Assembly: GCA_963668625.2 (NCBI GenBank)
Contig: CAXXKA010000008.1
Span: 224,001-288,000, forward strand
Origin: an uncultured candidate division Zixibacteria bacterium
GTDB taxonomy: Bacteria; Zixibacteria; MSB-5A5; UBA10806; 4484-95
Direction of reading: 5' to 3'
DNA: 64,000 nt
Shown here: in pieces, positions 48,247-57,867 of the stretch
How the letters are laid out: each line of letters opens with the position of its first letter
Position numbering within the stretch: position 1 is the first letter of the stretch
The notes under the pieces: generated by a model
The model's input: only the letters and a program-made list of their open reading frames with translations
What the model was told of the DNA's origin: nothing
The model's database searches: none
Position numbers and translations under genes: made by a program

Positions 48247-49176
48247 ATGAAACCGTTTAGATTATTCGCTATTTTCGCTACGCTGGCGACATACTTCCTG
48301 ATATTCGTCGGCGGACTGGTTCGGGTTTCCGGGGCCGGTTTGGGATGCCCCGACTGGCCGAGGTGTTTCGGTAGGTGGATACCGCCTTTAAGCGTAAGTC
48401 AACTGCCGGCCGATATCGATCCTAACCTGTTTAATTTCACTTTAGCCTGGATAGAATATATAAACCGGCTCATTGGAGTTGCTGTCGGTATCCTGATCGC
48501 CATAGTCGCGATCTGGGCGCTAATCAAATTTTTCAGGATGCCGAAAATCGTCATTCCCTCGGTAGTCGCCGGCTTGCTGGTTGCTTTCCAGGGATGGCAC
48601 GGCAGCCGCGTTATCGCCACCGAACTCGAGCCGCTCGTCGTATCCGTGCATATGGTTATCGCGCTGGTGATCGTCAGCTTAATGATTTACGTATCGCAGC
48701 AGGTTTACTATCTGGAACGAACCGATTCCGAGAAGCAATCGAAATATCCGGCACGAATGAAAACGTGGATGGGTATACTATGGGTGCTGGCAATAATTCA
48801 GGTGATAATGGGCACGCAATTCAGGGAGGCATTAGAGATATTGACCGAGCGGTTCCCGCTGCTGTCGGGATCCTCATTGTTGGCGCAGGCCGGCGCGATC
48901 AAACTCCTTCACCCTGTAGTCGGGATCGTGTTTGCCGTTCTTACTTTGTACGTAGCTTATTCGATATTGAATAGAAGCGTGAAACCCTCCTCGTTGAACT
49001 GGCAAAGCGCCTGGACTATGTCGGGGCTGGTGATAATTCAGCTCGTTCTGGGGGGAGTCATGCTGTCTCTGGGAGTCTCTCCGGTTTTTCAGGTGATCCA
49101 TTTATGGGTAGCCGGCCTGACCGTGGGAATTATCCTGATATCATTCACGGCTCTGGGCAGAAATCAGGAGGCTTGA
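48247..49176 (+). CDS. ctaA: Heme A synthase (COX15/CtaA family)
   Basis: GGLVRVSGAGLGCPDWPRCFG, WIEYINRL, conserved His residues (SVHM, LLHP, VIHL). Confidence 0.92.
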   Translation: MKPFRLFAIFATLATYFLIFVGGLVRVSGAGLGCPDWPRCFGRWIPPLSVSQLPADIDPNLFNFTLAWIEYINRLIGVAVGILIAIVAIWALIKFFRMPKIVIPSVVAGLLVAFQGWHGSRVIATELEPLVVSVHMVIALVIVSLMIYVSQQVYYLERTDSEKQSKYPARMKTWMGILWVLAIIQVIMGTQFREALEILTERFPLLSGSSLLAQAGAIKLLHPVVGIVFAVLTLYVAYSILNRSVKPSSLNWQSAWTMSGLVIIQLVLGGVMLSLGVSPVFQVIHLWVAGLTVGIILISFTALGRNQEA

Positions 49177-49785
49177 ATGGAAGCCGAAAAATCATATCCC
49201 AAAATGCTTATCTGGGCTGTTGCCGCTATGCTATTGCTGGGGTTGACAGCTACCCTGGTTGTCAACGCCGCCAACCGGGCGCGCTCGAGGATACCCGTCT
49301 GGGGTGAGCTATCGGAGTTCGAGTTTATCGATGCTTATACCGGTAAGCCCTGGGGATTACAACAGATGCAGGGTAAGCTTAGCGTGGTCGATTTCATTTT
49401 CACCAACTGCGAAAGTGTTTGCCCGGTGATGGCTATCAATATGACCGACCTGTACGATCTGTACGCGCATTCCGATAAAGTGCAGTTCGTCTCGATCTCC
49501 GTCGACCCGGTGCGTGATTCATTGGCGGTCTTAAGGAATTACGCCGATGGCTTAGGGGTCAATGATGGTCGCTGGATATTCTTGAACGCCCCGTTAGAGC
49601 AGGTAACCGAGCTATGCGAAAAACAGTTCATGCTGCCTGCCGAATCGCTGCCCATGGGTCATACCACCAAGTTCATACTGGTAGATCAATTCGGTCGCAT
49701 ACGAAGCTACCATGAGGGTATAAACAGCGAAAGTATGACCGGACTGAAAAATAATATCAGGCAATTGGCGGGAGAATTGGAATGA
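49177..49785 (+). CDS. SCO family copper chaperone
   Basis: DFIFTNCESVCP, SISVDPVRD, GHTTKFILVD. Confidence 0.92.
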   Translation: MEAEKSYPKMLIWAVAAMLLLGLTATLVVNAANRARSRIPVWGELSEFEFIDAYTGKPWGLQQMQGKLSVVDFIFTNCESVCPVMAINMTDLYDLYAHSDKVQFVSISVDPVRDSLAVLRNYADGLGVNDGRWIFLNAPLEQVTELCEKQFMLPAESLPMGHTTKFILVDQFGRIRSYHEGINSESMTGLKNNIRQLAGELE

Positions 49786-50195
49786 ACATAAGCGATCTGC
49801 CGACACTGAACGCCATACTCAATTTCATAAGCGCGGTACTGCTTGGTATCGGTTACACGTTTATCAAAAGGAACGATCCTGTCAGGCATAAGAAAATTAT
49901 GATATCGGCCCTGGTCTCATCCGCGTTATTTTTGATATCATACCTGATTTACCATCGGGCGGTGGGTTCGGTGCCGTATCCCTATCATGACTGGACGCGG
50001 CCCGTGTATTTTATCATACTGATTCCGCATGTAATTTTAGCCGGTTTGATGGTACCTTTTATACTTGCCGCAGTCTGGTTCGCCTTTAAACAGCGATTCA
50101 ATAAGCATATAAAGCTGGTCAAATGGGTGTGGCCGGTGTGGATGTTCGTTTCGGTGAGCGGCATCGTTATCTATCTAATGTTGTATCTTTTATAG
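49782..50195 (+). CDS. DUF420 family membrane protein (CtaM-like oxidase assembly factor)
   Basis: LPTLNAILN, HKKIM, FLISYLIYH, ILIPHVILA, WMFVSVSGIVIY. Confidence 0.9.
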   Translation: MNISDLPTLNAILNFISAVLLGIGYTFIKRNDPVRHKKIMISALVSSALFLISYLIYHRAVGSVPYPYHDWTRPVYFIILIPHVILAGLMVPFILAAVWFAFKQRFNKHIKLVKWVWPVWMFVSVSGIVIYLMLYLL

Positions 50196-50364
50196 ATTTA
50201 GCATAAGCTGTAAGACTTTTTATTTTTCGCTTTGAAATCGCGTTATAATAATTATGCAATTAGTACTTGATAAGTGTTCATTTAGTTGTATTTTAAATCA
50301 GAGACAAACTTCCTCGATTATCGTGAAAAGATTTGAAATGTTTTAAAATTCAAGGGATAGTAAG

Positions 50365-52491
50365 ATGGCTTTTATCAGGCATTCATTTTTTACGTTATTG
50401 ATAATATTGCTGACCATTAATCAGTCGTTAGCCGAAACTCCCGAGGAAGCTTTCGTTTTCGTATCGCCCCTGCCTGGTTCAGATTTACATCTCAGGGAAA
50501 CTACTCTAATTTTCAGGACCGGCCTATATTTTACCAGCGACGATTATTCTCATCTGGAGGAGGTTTCAATAGTTGGAGATTATTATGGTGATTATGATTT
50601 TAATGTTATCCCTTCAGATGACGATTTCACCGTAATTCTCGATCCGGTCAGGATTTTCCGTCTCAGCGAAACCATAACGGTTACATTCGACAGCGTGCGT
50701 GTTGGGACCATGATCGTTGATGGCTCATATAGTTTTACTATTTCCTCGGATTATGCGCGCGAGGTTAGCGAGGGTATGAAATTGCTTCTGAAAGACGAAG
50801 TTTATGGCGAGCAGAAATCGAACCATGATATCCCATTAGAATCAGATCTGATATTGGACAGGGATAGTTCGTTGCCTTCCGATTTACCATTGATGGCCTT
50901 GTTAGAAAATGACAATCCCGATTCCGGCTACGTGTTTTTAGCCAATCAAGGGAGAGATATCATAACGCCATACTTATTAATATTGGACAACGATGCTAAC
51001 CCGGTTTTCTATAAAAAGCTTTCTACCTATGCCTGGGATTTCAAGAAACAATCCAATGGGTTATTAACCTACATTCTGGATGCTACCCCGTATTTCTATA
51101 TCATGGATTCGACTTATTCTATCATAGATTCGGTTCGGGCGATGAACGGCTATTTTACCGATGAGCATGATTTTCAGATTTTGGATAGCGGACATTACCT
51201 CATCGCGGCATACGATATACAGAGAGTCGAGGATCCGGGTAGCCCTACTGCGATTGAGGTTGAAATCGCCGGTTACGTGATTCAGGAATTGGACAGCAAT
51301 AAAAACGTTGTATTTCAATGGCGAAGCTGGGACTATCTCGATATGGGGCACTCGAGTTTAACCACCGATGATAGTCGATATAACGATCCGGTGCATGGTA
51401 ATACGCTCGAGCTTGATAGCGACGGTAATCTTCTTACCTGTTTCCGTAACATGGAGCAGTTCGCGAAAATCGATATGGTAACCGGGGAATTCATTTGGAG
51501 ATTAGGCGGCGGTAACAGTGATTTCGAGGTAATCGGCTATCCGCAGGGCTGGTCACGCCCTCATGATATCAGGCGATTGGACAACGGACATATTACCATT
51601 TACGATAACGCCCGCCTGCAACCGTCCCAATACAGTAACTCAGGTCCTGTCGAATTCGAGTTGGATACGCTGGCAATGACCTGTACGGCCACCTGGGCTT
51701 ATAAAAAATCTGAGCGTGTATACGGCCCGTTTATGGGTAACACGCAGCGTCTCCCCAACGGTAACACGATGATAGGCTGGGGAGGGCGAGCTCGATTGAC
51801 GGCCACCGAGTGTCGCGTTGACAGCAGTGTCGCCTGGGAATTGACTTTCTCTTTATGGGATGACCATCGCGTTTTCTCGTACAGGTCATTCCGATTTCCC
51901 TGGCATGGAATTGCCGCCAGGCCGGAATTGACAGCCGAAGTAACCGACAGCTCCGTTCATCTGATATTCTATAAATTCGGCGATACGAATGTTGCTTACT
52001 ATAAAATTTATCTCGACTACCAACAAGGGCCGACGGTATTTTACGATTCATGCTTTGCCAATTTCACAGATATCACCAGGATTCCCGGAGGAAAAGCATA
52101 CATAAGAGTGACTGCTGTTGATAACTCAGGAATCGAGAGTGATTACTCCAATGAGGAATCAGTGCTGGTGGATTTCGTCAATACATATTTGCCCGGTGAT
52201 GTCAATATGCACGCTGGACTCTGGCCGCCATCAGTAAATGGTAGTGATGTCACATACCTGGTAAACTATTTCCGTGGCTTGCCATTATCAGTACCATGCC
52301 TTTACGGGGATTTCTTTTGCTCGGCTGACGCCAACGGCGACTGCGAGGTTATCGGTGCTGATGTCACCTATATGGTTAACTATTTCCTGGGACGCAACGC
52401 TTTGAGATTTTGCCCTGATTACCCGCCGGTATGGGAAACGCAGGATGAGGTACCGGCACAGGAGTATATTGGCTGGCCGCCCTGCGAATAA
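50365..52491 (+). CDS. Secreted arylsulfotransferase (ASST)-like protein with Ig/FN3 domains and dockerin-like tail
   Basis: DEHDFQ, PVHGN, WRLGG, PHDIRRL, GNTQRLPNGNTMIGWG, SYRSFRFPW; tail YLPGDVNMHAGLWPP...ADANGDCEVIGADVTY. Confidence 0.87.
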   Translation: MAFIRHSFFTLLIILLTINQSLAETPEEAFVFVSPLPGSDLHLRETTLIFRTGLYFTSDDYSHLEEVSIVGDYYGDYDFNVIPSDDDFTVILDPVRIFRLSETITVTFDSVRVGTMIVDGSYSFTISSDYAREVSEGMKLLLKDEVYGEQKSNHDIPLESDLILDRDSSLPSDLPLMALLENDNPDSGYVFLANQGRDIITPYLLILDNDANPVFYKKLSTYAWDFKKQSNGLLTYILDATPYFYIMDSTYSIIDSVRAMNGYFTDEHDFQILDSGHYLIAAYDIQRVEDPGSPTAIEVEIAGYVIQELDSNKNVVFQWRSWDYLDMGHSSLTTDDSRYNDPVHGNTLELDSDGNLLTCFRNMEQFAKIDMVTGEFIWRLGGGNSDFEVIGYPQGWSRPHDIRRLDNGHITIYDNARLQPSQYSNSGPVEFELDTLAMTCTATWAYKKSERVYGPFMGNTQRLPNGNTMIGWGGRARLTATECRVDSSVAWELTFSLWDDHRVFSYRSFRFPWHGIAARPELTAEVTDSSVHLIFYKFGDTNVAYYKIYLDYQQGPTVFYDSCFANFTDITRIPGGKAYIRVTAVDNSGIESDYSNEESVLVDFVNTYLPGDVNMHAGLWPPSVNGSDVTYLVNYFRGLPLSVPCLYGDFFCSADANGDCEVIGADVTYMVNYFLGRNALRFCPDYPPVWETQDEVPAQEYIGWPPCE

Positions 52492-52536
52492 TGAGATTCC
52501 ATTTTCAATTTCGAGAATAGTATATTATATTCAAAC

Positions 52537-53001
52537 ATGTCATCGATTTTAGCAACACTGTGCTACCTTCGTAAAGGTAGGCAAACCCTGATGCTTCACC
52601 GGGTGAAAAAAGAGAACGATATGCACGAGGGCAAATACAACGGCCTGGGCGGCAAGTTCGAACCCGGCGAATCGCCCGAGCAATGCGCTATACGCGAGGT
52701 GGAGGAGGAATCGGGTCTGACCATGATCGAGCCGGTCATGCGTGGTTTTATCACGTTCCCCAATTTCGATGGTACCAACGACTGGTACGTGTTCATATTC
52801 ACCGCAGATAAATCCGAGGGCGAGATGATAGTCTCCAACGAGGGCAACCTGGAGTGGATAGACAACGATAAACTTCTGGATTTGAACCTCTGGGACGGTG
52901 ATAAAATCTTTCTCAAGTGGCTTGGTGATGATAAATATTTCTCGGCCAAATTCATTTACGATAACGGCGAGTTGATAAGCCATTCGGTGGAGTTTTATTA
53001 A
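52537..53001 (+). CDS. NUDIX hydrolase, 8-oxo-dGTP diphosphatase (MutX/MTH1-like)
   Basis: ATLCYL, GKYNGLGGKFEPGESPEQCAIREVEEESGL Nudix box, LWDGD. Confidence 0.9.
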   Translation: MSSILATLCYLRKGRQTLMLHRVKKENDMHEGKYNGLGGKFEPGESPEQCAIREVEEESGLTMIEPVMRGFITFPNFDGTNDWYVFIFTADKSEGEMIVSNEGNLEWIDNDKLLDLNLWDGDKIFLKWLGDDKYFSAKFIYDNGELISHSVEFY

Positions 53002-53146
53002 GAGGATGTTGTTAGTAAAGTAGGTCAAGCCAACCTGGGGCTTGCCTGCCTATCTGTGGACTAACCAGCCTCCGATGTTGATAATACATTGTGACCTGCA
53101 GGCGTCCCTGCCTGCCGCTATATAAAACATCACAGGAGAAACATCG
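53000..53146 (+). repeat. Degenerate copy of the CTD-end plus intergenic repeat
   Basis: AAGAGGATGTTGTTAGTAAAGTAGGTCAAGCC...GGCTTG matches 56391-56437 and 57735-57781. Confidence 0.75.
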
Positions 53147-54367
53147 ATGAAAATAAAAATACTGATCATTCTTCTGATGATATTATTGCCAACAGCCCTC
53201 CCCGCTCAAACATACGGCTGGATGGATTTGAGTGATAATCTGCCCGATCATTCCGGATCACCAGGAATTAACAGTGTGTTTTTTGTAGGTGAAAAGGGCT
53301 GGTTAACGACATGCACTGCAACAGTTATATTTTATACCGATAATGCCGGGCAATCGTTCGAGATACAAGAAATGCCGACAAGCATAAATGAAGTTTATAT
53401 GTTGGATGAAAACCGTGGATTTGCCGCCGGGAGCAGTGGCGCTGTTTTCTATACCGAGAACTCCGGGGCTAATTGGAATCTAATAAGTTTATCTTTCCCG
53501 TCTAATGTGAGGGGTATAGATTTCCCCCCGGGCTCCGAGGTCGGATTTATTTGCGGCGATAACGGCTGGGTGGCTAAAGTATGTGCCGATAGTGTATACG
53601 AGCTTGCAGATCTCGCCGTGGCCGGAATGACCGCGATTTCCTGCCCCGAATCGATAAACCAGGCCTGGGTATGTGGCGGTTCGATAATCCGTCACTATTT
53701 AAACGGTGAATGGCTGGCCGATCAAAGCGCGACGCTGGGATACTGGGCAACCTTACACATGTACGATAATTCTTTCGGCTGGGCCGGGGGTGATGGCGGA
53801 ATGATAATACATACCGAGAATGGGTATAATTGGGTACGGCAAGATAATCCGGATACTTTAGAATCTGTTGTATCCAACATTTTTAGCCTCGACTCATTAC
53901 AGGCGTACGCGGTCAGTCATATAGTTCTTCACACCACGGATGGCGGAGTCACCTGGGTGGAGGAAGCGCAAAACATAGATTACCATCATTTTCTAATTGA
54001 CGTATTCGCGGTTGATGAGCATAATGTTTACGTAGTTGGGCAGGAGAACACATTCATGAAATATGGTGAACTGACGGGCATAGAGGAAACCACACCACTG
54101 CCATCAGGGATAAGCCTTCACCAGAACTACCCCAATCCGTTCAATGCTAAAACATCCATAAGATTCGACCTGGATATACAGTCTCAGGTAACACTCGATA
54201 TATACAACGTACTGGGCGAGAGAGTATCCACACTTGCTGATGGTATCTACCCGGCCGGCAATCACACAATCTCGTTTGATGCCTCCCCCTATGCCAGCGG
54301 CGTATATTTCTACAAGCTCGATACGGGGGGGTACATCGAGACTAAGACGATGCTGTTTATAAAATAA
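53147..54367 (+). CDS. Secreted YCF48/BNR-like propeller protein with T9SS-type-A-like CTD
   Basis: QTYGWMDLSD, YTDNAGQSF, HTTDGGVTW, LHQNYPNPFNAKT. Confidence 0.88.
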   Translation: MKIKILIILLMILLPTALPAQTYGWMDLSDNLPDHSGSPGINSVFFVGEKGWLTTCTATVIFYTDNAGQSFEIQEMPTSINEVYMLDENRGFAAGSSGAVFYTENSGANWNLISLSFPSNVRGIDFPPGSEVGFICGDNGWVAKVCADSVYELADLAVAGMTAISCPESINQAWVCGGSIIRHYLNGEWLADQSATLGYWATLHMYDNSFGWAGGDGGMIIHTENGYNWVRQDNPDTLESVVSNIFSLDSLQAYAVSHIVLHTTDGGVTWVEEAQNIDYHHFLIDVFAVDEHNVYVVGQENTFMKYGELTGIEETTPLPSGISLHQNYPNPFNAKTSIRFDLDIQSQVTLDIYNVLGERVSTLADGIYPAGNHTISFDASPYASGVYFYKLDTGGYIETKTMLFIK

Positions 54368-54392
54368 ATTTGTCCCTACATTGAAAACCAAC

Positions 54393-54593
54393 TGTCATTC
54401 CCGAGAAATCCCCGTAAGGGGTGCCTACGGCATAGGAATCTCCCGGCATGGGCAGACAGGTTACCAGATTCCTGTTTTCGCGCGAATGATATTTTGTCTT
54501 TTGATTTAGGGGTGAAGTTCACTTTAACCTGATGTCAACCGGATGTTAAATTCAATCATTCTGGCAAATTCAGGGTACAGCGAGCTCCACCCA
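54393..54593. repeat. Composite palindromic intergenic repeat (TGTCATTCCC...GAATGA plus inverted REP-like pair), homologous to 59110-59310
   Basis: Shared blocks aactgtcattccc, tcccggcat, gttttc.cg.gaatga, taggggYRaagtt.acttta.cctga, cagggta.agcgag.tc.accc. Confidence 0.7.
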
Positions 54594-54740
54594 ATTATAA
54601 GCGATCACTCATTTCATAGAACTGATAAATAAACTCTTTAAACAGCCATAAACCGTAACTTATACTTGTCAAAATCAGTATTTTTATTATCTTATTTAAA
54701 ACTATTAGATATTAATAATCTAAAAGGAAGGGGTAATTAT

Positions 54741-56414
54741 ATGAAACTCAGAATGATCTTAATAATAGCATTAATGATTCAATCGACAATATCATCGCGC
54801 GCCCAGACACCGTTCGAGGAGATACCCGACTGGCTGTCGGTGGAGGACTACGCCTATGGAACCGGCTGCGAGTTCGGCGATCTTGACGGGGACGGCTATC
54901 TCGACCTGATCGTCTCCAATGGCAATGATATGCTTATGGCGCCCAATTTCGTATATATCAACTTCGATGGCGTGATTAATAACGAGGTCACGTTCATGTC
55001 CTGGGATTCGCTGTATTCGGGGCATTGCGAATTCGGCGATATCAACAATGACGGTTACCCCGAGATTATGGTGGCCAACTATATCTCACCTGACTGGCGT
55101 CCCGGCTCGGTACAGATATATCCTAACGATGGCGGTATTCCCGAGGGCCTGCCCAGTTGGATGCCGGATGATTCGATTTACACCTTCCGCTCATCTTTTG
55201 GCGATCCCGACGGCGATGGCGATCTCGACCTGGCAGTGGCAACCGGCGAGGCCTATCATCACGAGTACCGTCAGAATATGATATTTTTCAACCATGATGG
55301 CGTACTCGAAGCTACTCCCGGCTGGATATCAGAGGATTACGATTGCGCCTATGATGTGCAATTCGTGGATATCGACGGTGACGCCGATCAGGATCTGGCT
55401 ATACTTACCTCCGGTGGGCCCGTGAAAATCTATTATAACGAGCAGGGCACGATTCAAACGCTGCCCGGCTGGGTCTCTGAGGATGACGACAACGGCAACT
55501 CATTCGATTTCGCCGACTTGAACGGTGATGGTTTTCTCGATATGGGCGTAGCCAACAACACCCAGCTTGACGGCTCGGGATATTTCAATATTTACTACTC
55601 GATAAGCGGCGGCCTGCCCACCTCCCCCGACTGGCAGTCCTCCACCACCGGTTATGGCTCCGAGGCGGTGTTCTGCGATATCGATGGTGACGGCGACCAG
55701 GATTTCATTACCGGTAGATGGTTCGAGCTTATCTATATCTATCTCAACAACGATGGCGTGTTCAACACCGAGCCCGACTGGCAATGCGACAGCGACTACG
55801 AACTTGTGGTAGAAAATATAGCCTTCGCCGATATCGACTACGCTGAGGAGGATCTGACTATCGAGACATTCTTAAGCTACGGCGTGCGCAAACTGTTTTA
55901 CTTAAGCGATAGATACATTCAGAATATCGAATTTATCCGTGTGGATGGCGAGATACTGCCAATATCCGAGTACTGCTATAACATTCAGGACTGCTGGATA
56001 TCGCTTAAGGATACGCCTGTCACCTCGGCAACTGTTTACTACCGCACCTCCGAGACCAAGGACATGGCGGTATCAAACTGGGATGGCTCTACTTACATAT
56101 TCTACAATACGGGGCAAACGGGTATATATAATGGTTTCGTGCAAACCCCAAAAGCGGTAAGCCTTCACCAGGCATACCCCAACCCGTTTAACGCTAGAAC
56201 CAGCATCTCGTTTTCTCTGGAATATCCAGGGCAGGTTAGTTTGAGCATATATGATTTAAACGGAAGATTCGTTAATATGCTGACTGATACGTATTACCCG
56301 GCAGGCAACCACAGCTTAACCTGGGATGCCTCCCCCTACGCCAGCGGTATATATTTCTATAAACTCGATACAGGAGATTACACCGAGACTAAGAAGATGT
56401 TGTTGATAAAGTAG
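54741..56414 (+). CDS. Secreted FG-GAP/VCBS repeat protein with T9SS-type-A-like CTD
   Basis: GDLDGDGYLDL, GDINNDGYPEI, DPDGDGDLDL, DIDGDADQDL, DLNGDGFLDM; LHQAYPNPFNART. Start moved to ATG 54741. Confidence 0.9.
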   Translation: MKLRMILIIALMIQSTISSRAQTPFEEIPDWLSVEDYAYGTGCEFGDLDGDGYLDLIVSNGNDMLMAPNFVYINFDGVINNEVTFMSWDSLYSGHCEFGDINNDGYPEIMVANYISPDWRPGSVQIYPNDGGIPEGLPSWMPDDSIYTFRSSFGDPDGDGDLDLAVATGEAYHHEYRQNMIFFNHDGVLEATPGWISEDYDCAYDVQFVDIDGDADQDLAILTSGGPVKIYYNEQGTIQTLPGWVSEDDDNGNSFDFADLNGDGFLDMGVANNTQLDGSGYFNIYYSISGGLPTSPDWQSSTTGYGSEAVFCDIDGDGDQDFITGRWFELIYIYLNNDGVFNTEPDWQCDSDYELVVENIAFADIDYAEEDLTIETFLSYGVRKLFYLSDRYIQNIEFIRVDGEILPISEYCYNIQDCWISLKDTPVTSATVYYRTSETKDMAVSNWDGSTYIFYNTGQTGIYNGFVQTPKAVSLHQAYPNPFNARTSISFSLEYPGQVSLSIYDLNGRFVNMLTDTYYPAGNHSLTWDASPYASGIYFYKLDTGDYTETKKMLLIK

Positions 56415-56522
56415 GTCAAGCCTACTTGGGGCTTGACTAACCCGCGCTGATATTGAAAATAGCGTTGTGGCTGGCAGACGTCTCCGTCTGCCGCATAGAA
56501 ATAACATCGCAGGAGAACACCG
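56325..56522 (+). repeat. Conserved CTD 3' end plus intergenic repeat with GTAG-type REP-like hairpin
   Basis: gatgcctccccctacgccagcgg...aagaagatgttg.tgataaaGTAG-GTCAAGCC-tacttgg-GGCTTGAC, near-identical to 57670-57867. Confidence 0.85.
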
Positions 56523-57758
56523 ATGAAAACAAAAACGCTAATTACCCTACTGATACTATCACTACCCATAACCCTCCTCGCCCAAACCTACGGCTGGATG
56601 AATTTGAGCGACAGGATTAACTCCGAGATAGGAGTTGCCCTGCTCGAGGATGTTCAATTCATCGGGCAGGAGGGATGGATCGCCTCATGGAATTACTCCG
56701 GAGGCGCGGGCGAGATATTCCACACAACCGATGGCGGCCGCACGTTCGAGATACAGACTACGATGTGCGCGACGCGGACTATTTGGATGTTAAGCAATAC
56801 AGTTGGATATTGCGCCGGAGTATCGGGAATAGTGCTAAAAACCATCGATGGCGGAGATACCTGGAATTACCATGGAACAACCGGCGCTAATAGTATCATG
56901 GATATATGCTTTCCACCAGGCAGCGATACCGGCTTTTATTGCGGCACTAACGGGGCAAACGGAAGAATTACCGAGGATGGAGTCATAATCGATACAGTAT
57001 ATACCCCGTATGATCTGGAATCATTATCATTCGCTTTCCCTGATGAGGGTTATTGCTGCGGAGAATGGGGCATTTATCACTATCTTGACGGCGCCTGGTG
57101 CAGGGATCAGTATTATAGGCATGAGTATCATATGGGTATTCATTTTCAAGAGGGAACTACGTTGGGTTGGATTGCCTGTGATGATGGTAATATCGATCAT
57201 ACGACAGATGGCTATGATTGGTACATGCAACCTTCACCAGATTCCAACGATATATCGCTTATAAGTGTATGCTTTATTGATACGAGTCAGGGATGGACAG
57301 CGGGCTGGGGTGGTTTAATTTTGCATACTACCAATGGTGGCCAGGACTGGGAGCGAGTGGCGGATGGCTTAACCGATAACTCTTTTACGACCATATTCGC
57401 GGTAAGCAGCACGGAGGTTTACGCGGTAGGCGTGAATGGTACATTCCTCAAGTACGGAGATATGACAGGTATTGATGATAACAAACAGTTGCCCGCACGT
57501 GTAAGCCTTCACCAGAACTACCCCAACCCGTTCAACGTTTCAACCTCTATACGATTTGAATTGAATAGACAGTCGCAAATAACGCTCGATATTTATAATG
57601 TGCTTGGCAGTAAGATAACTACGATCACCAATGGCATCTACCCGGCTGGCAATCACGCTGTCTCGTTTGATGCCTCCCCCTACGCCAGCGGCATATATTT
57701 CTATAAGCTCGATACAGGAGATTACACAGAGACTAAGAAGATGTTGCTGATAAAGTAG
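56523..57758 (+). CDS. Secreted YCF48/BNR-like propeller protein with CTD
   Basis: QTYGWMNLSD, HTTDGGRTF, KTIDGGDTW, HTTNGGQDW, LHQNYPNPFN. Confidence 0.88.
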   Translation: MKTKTLITLLILSLPITLLAQTYGWMNLSDRINSEIGVALLEDVQFIGQEGWIASWNYSGGAGEIFHTTDGGRTFEIQTTMCATRTIWMLSNTVGYCAGVSGIVLKTIDGGDTWNYHGTTGANSIMDICFPPGSDTGFYCGTNGANGRITEDGVIIDTVYTPYDLESLSFAFPDEGYCCGEWGIYHYLDGAWCRDQYYRHEYHMGIHFQEGTTLGWIACDDGNIDHTTDGYDWYMQPSPDSNDISLISVCFIDTSQGWTAGWGGLILHTTNGGQDWERVADGLTDNSFTTIFAVSSTEVYAVGVNGTFLKYGDMTGIDDNKQLPARVSLHQNYPNPFNVSTSIRFELNRQSQITLDIYNVLGSKITTITNGIYPAGNHAVSFDASPYASGIYFYKLDTGDYTETKKMLLIK

Positions 57759-57867
57759 GTCAAGCCTACTTGGGGCTTGACTAACCCGCGCCTGATATTG
57801 AAAATAACATCGTGGCTGGAAGACGTCCTTGTCTGCTGCAGTAAATGACATCTCAGGAGAAAAACGG

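Noticed and set aside
53020-57867. Intergenic repeats as integron attC sites
   Set aside because: There are no convincing complementary RYYYAAC/GTTRRRY boxes and no integrase, and conservation extends into coding DNA on both sides.
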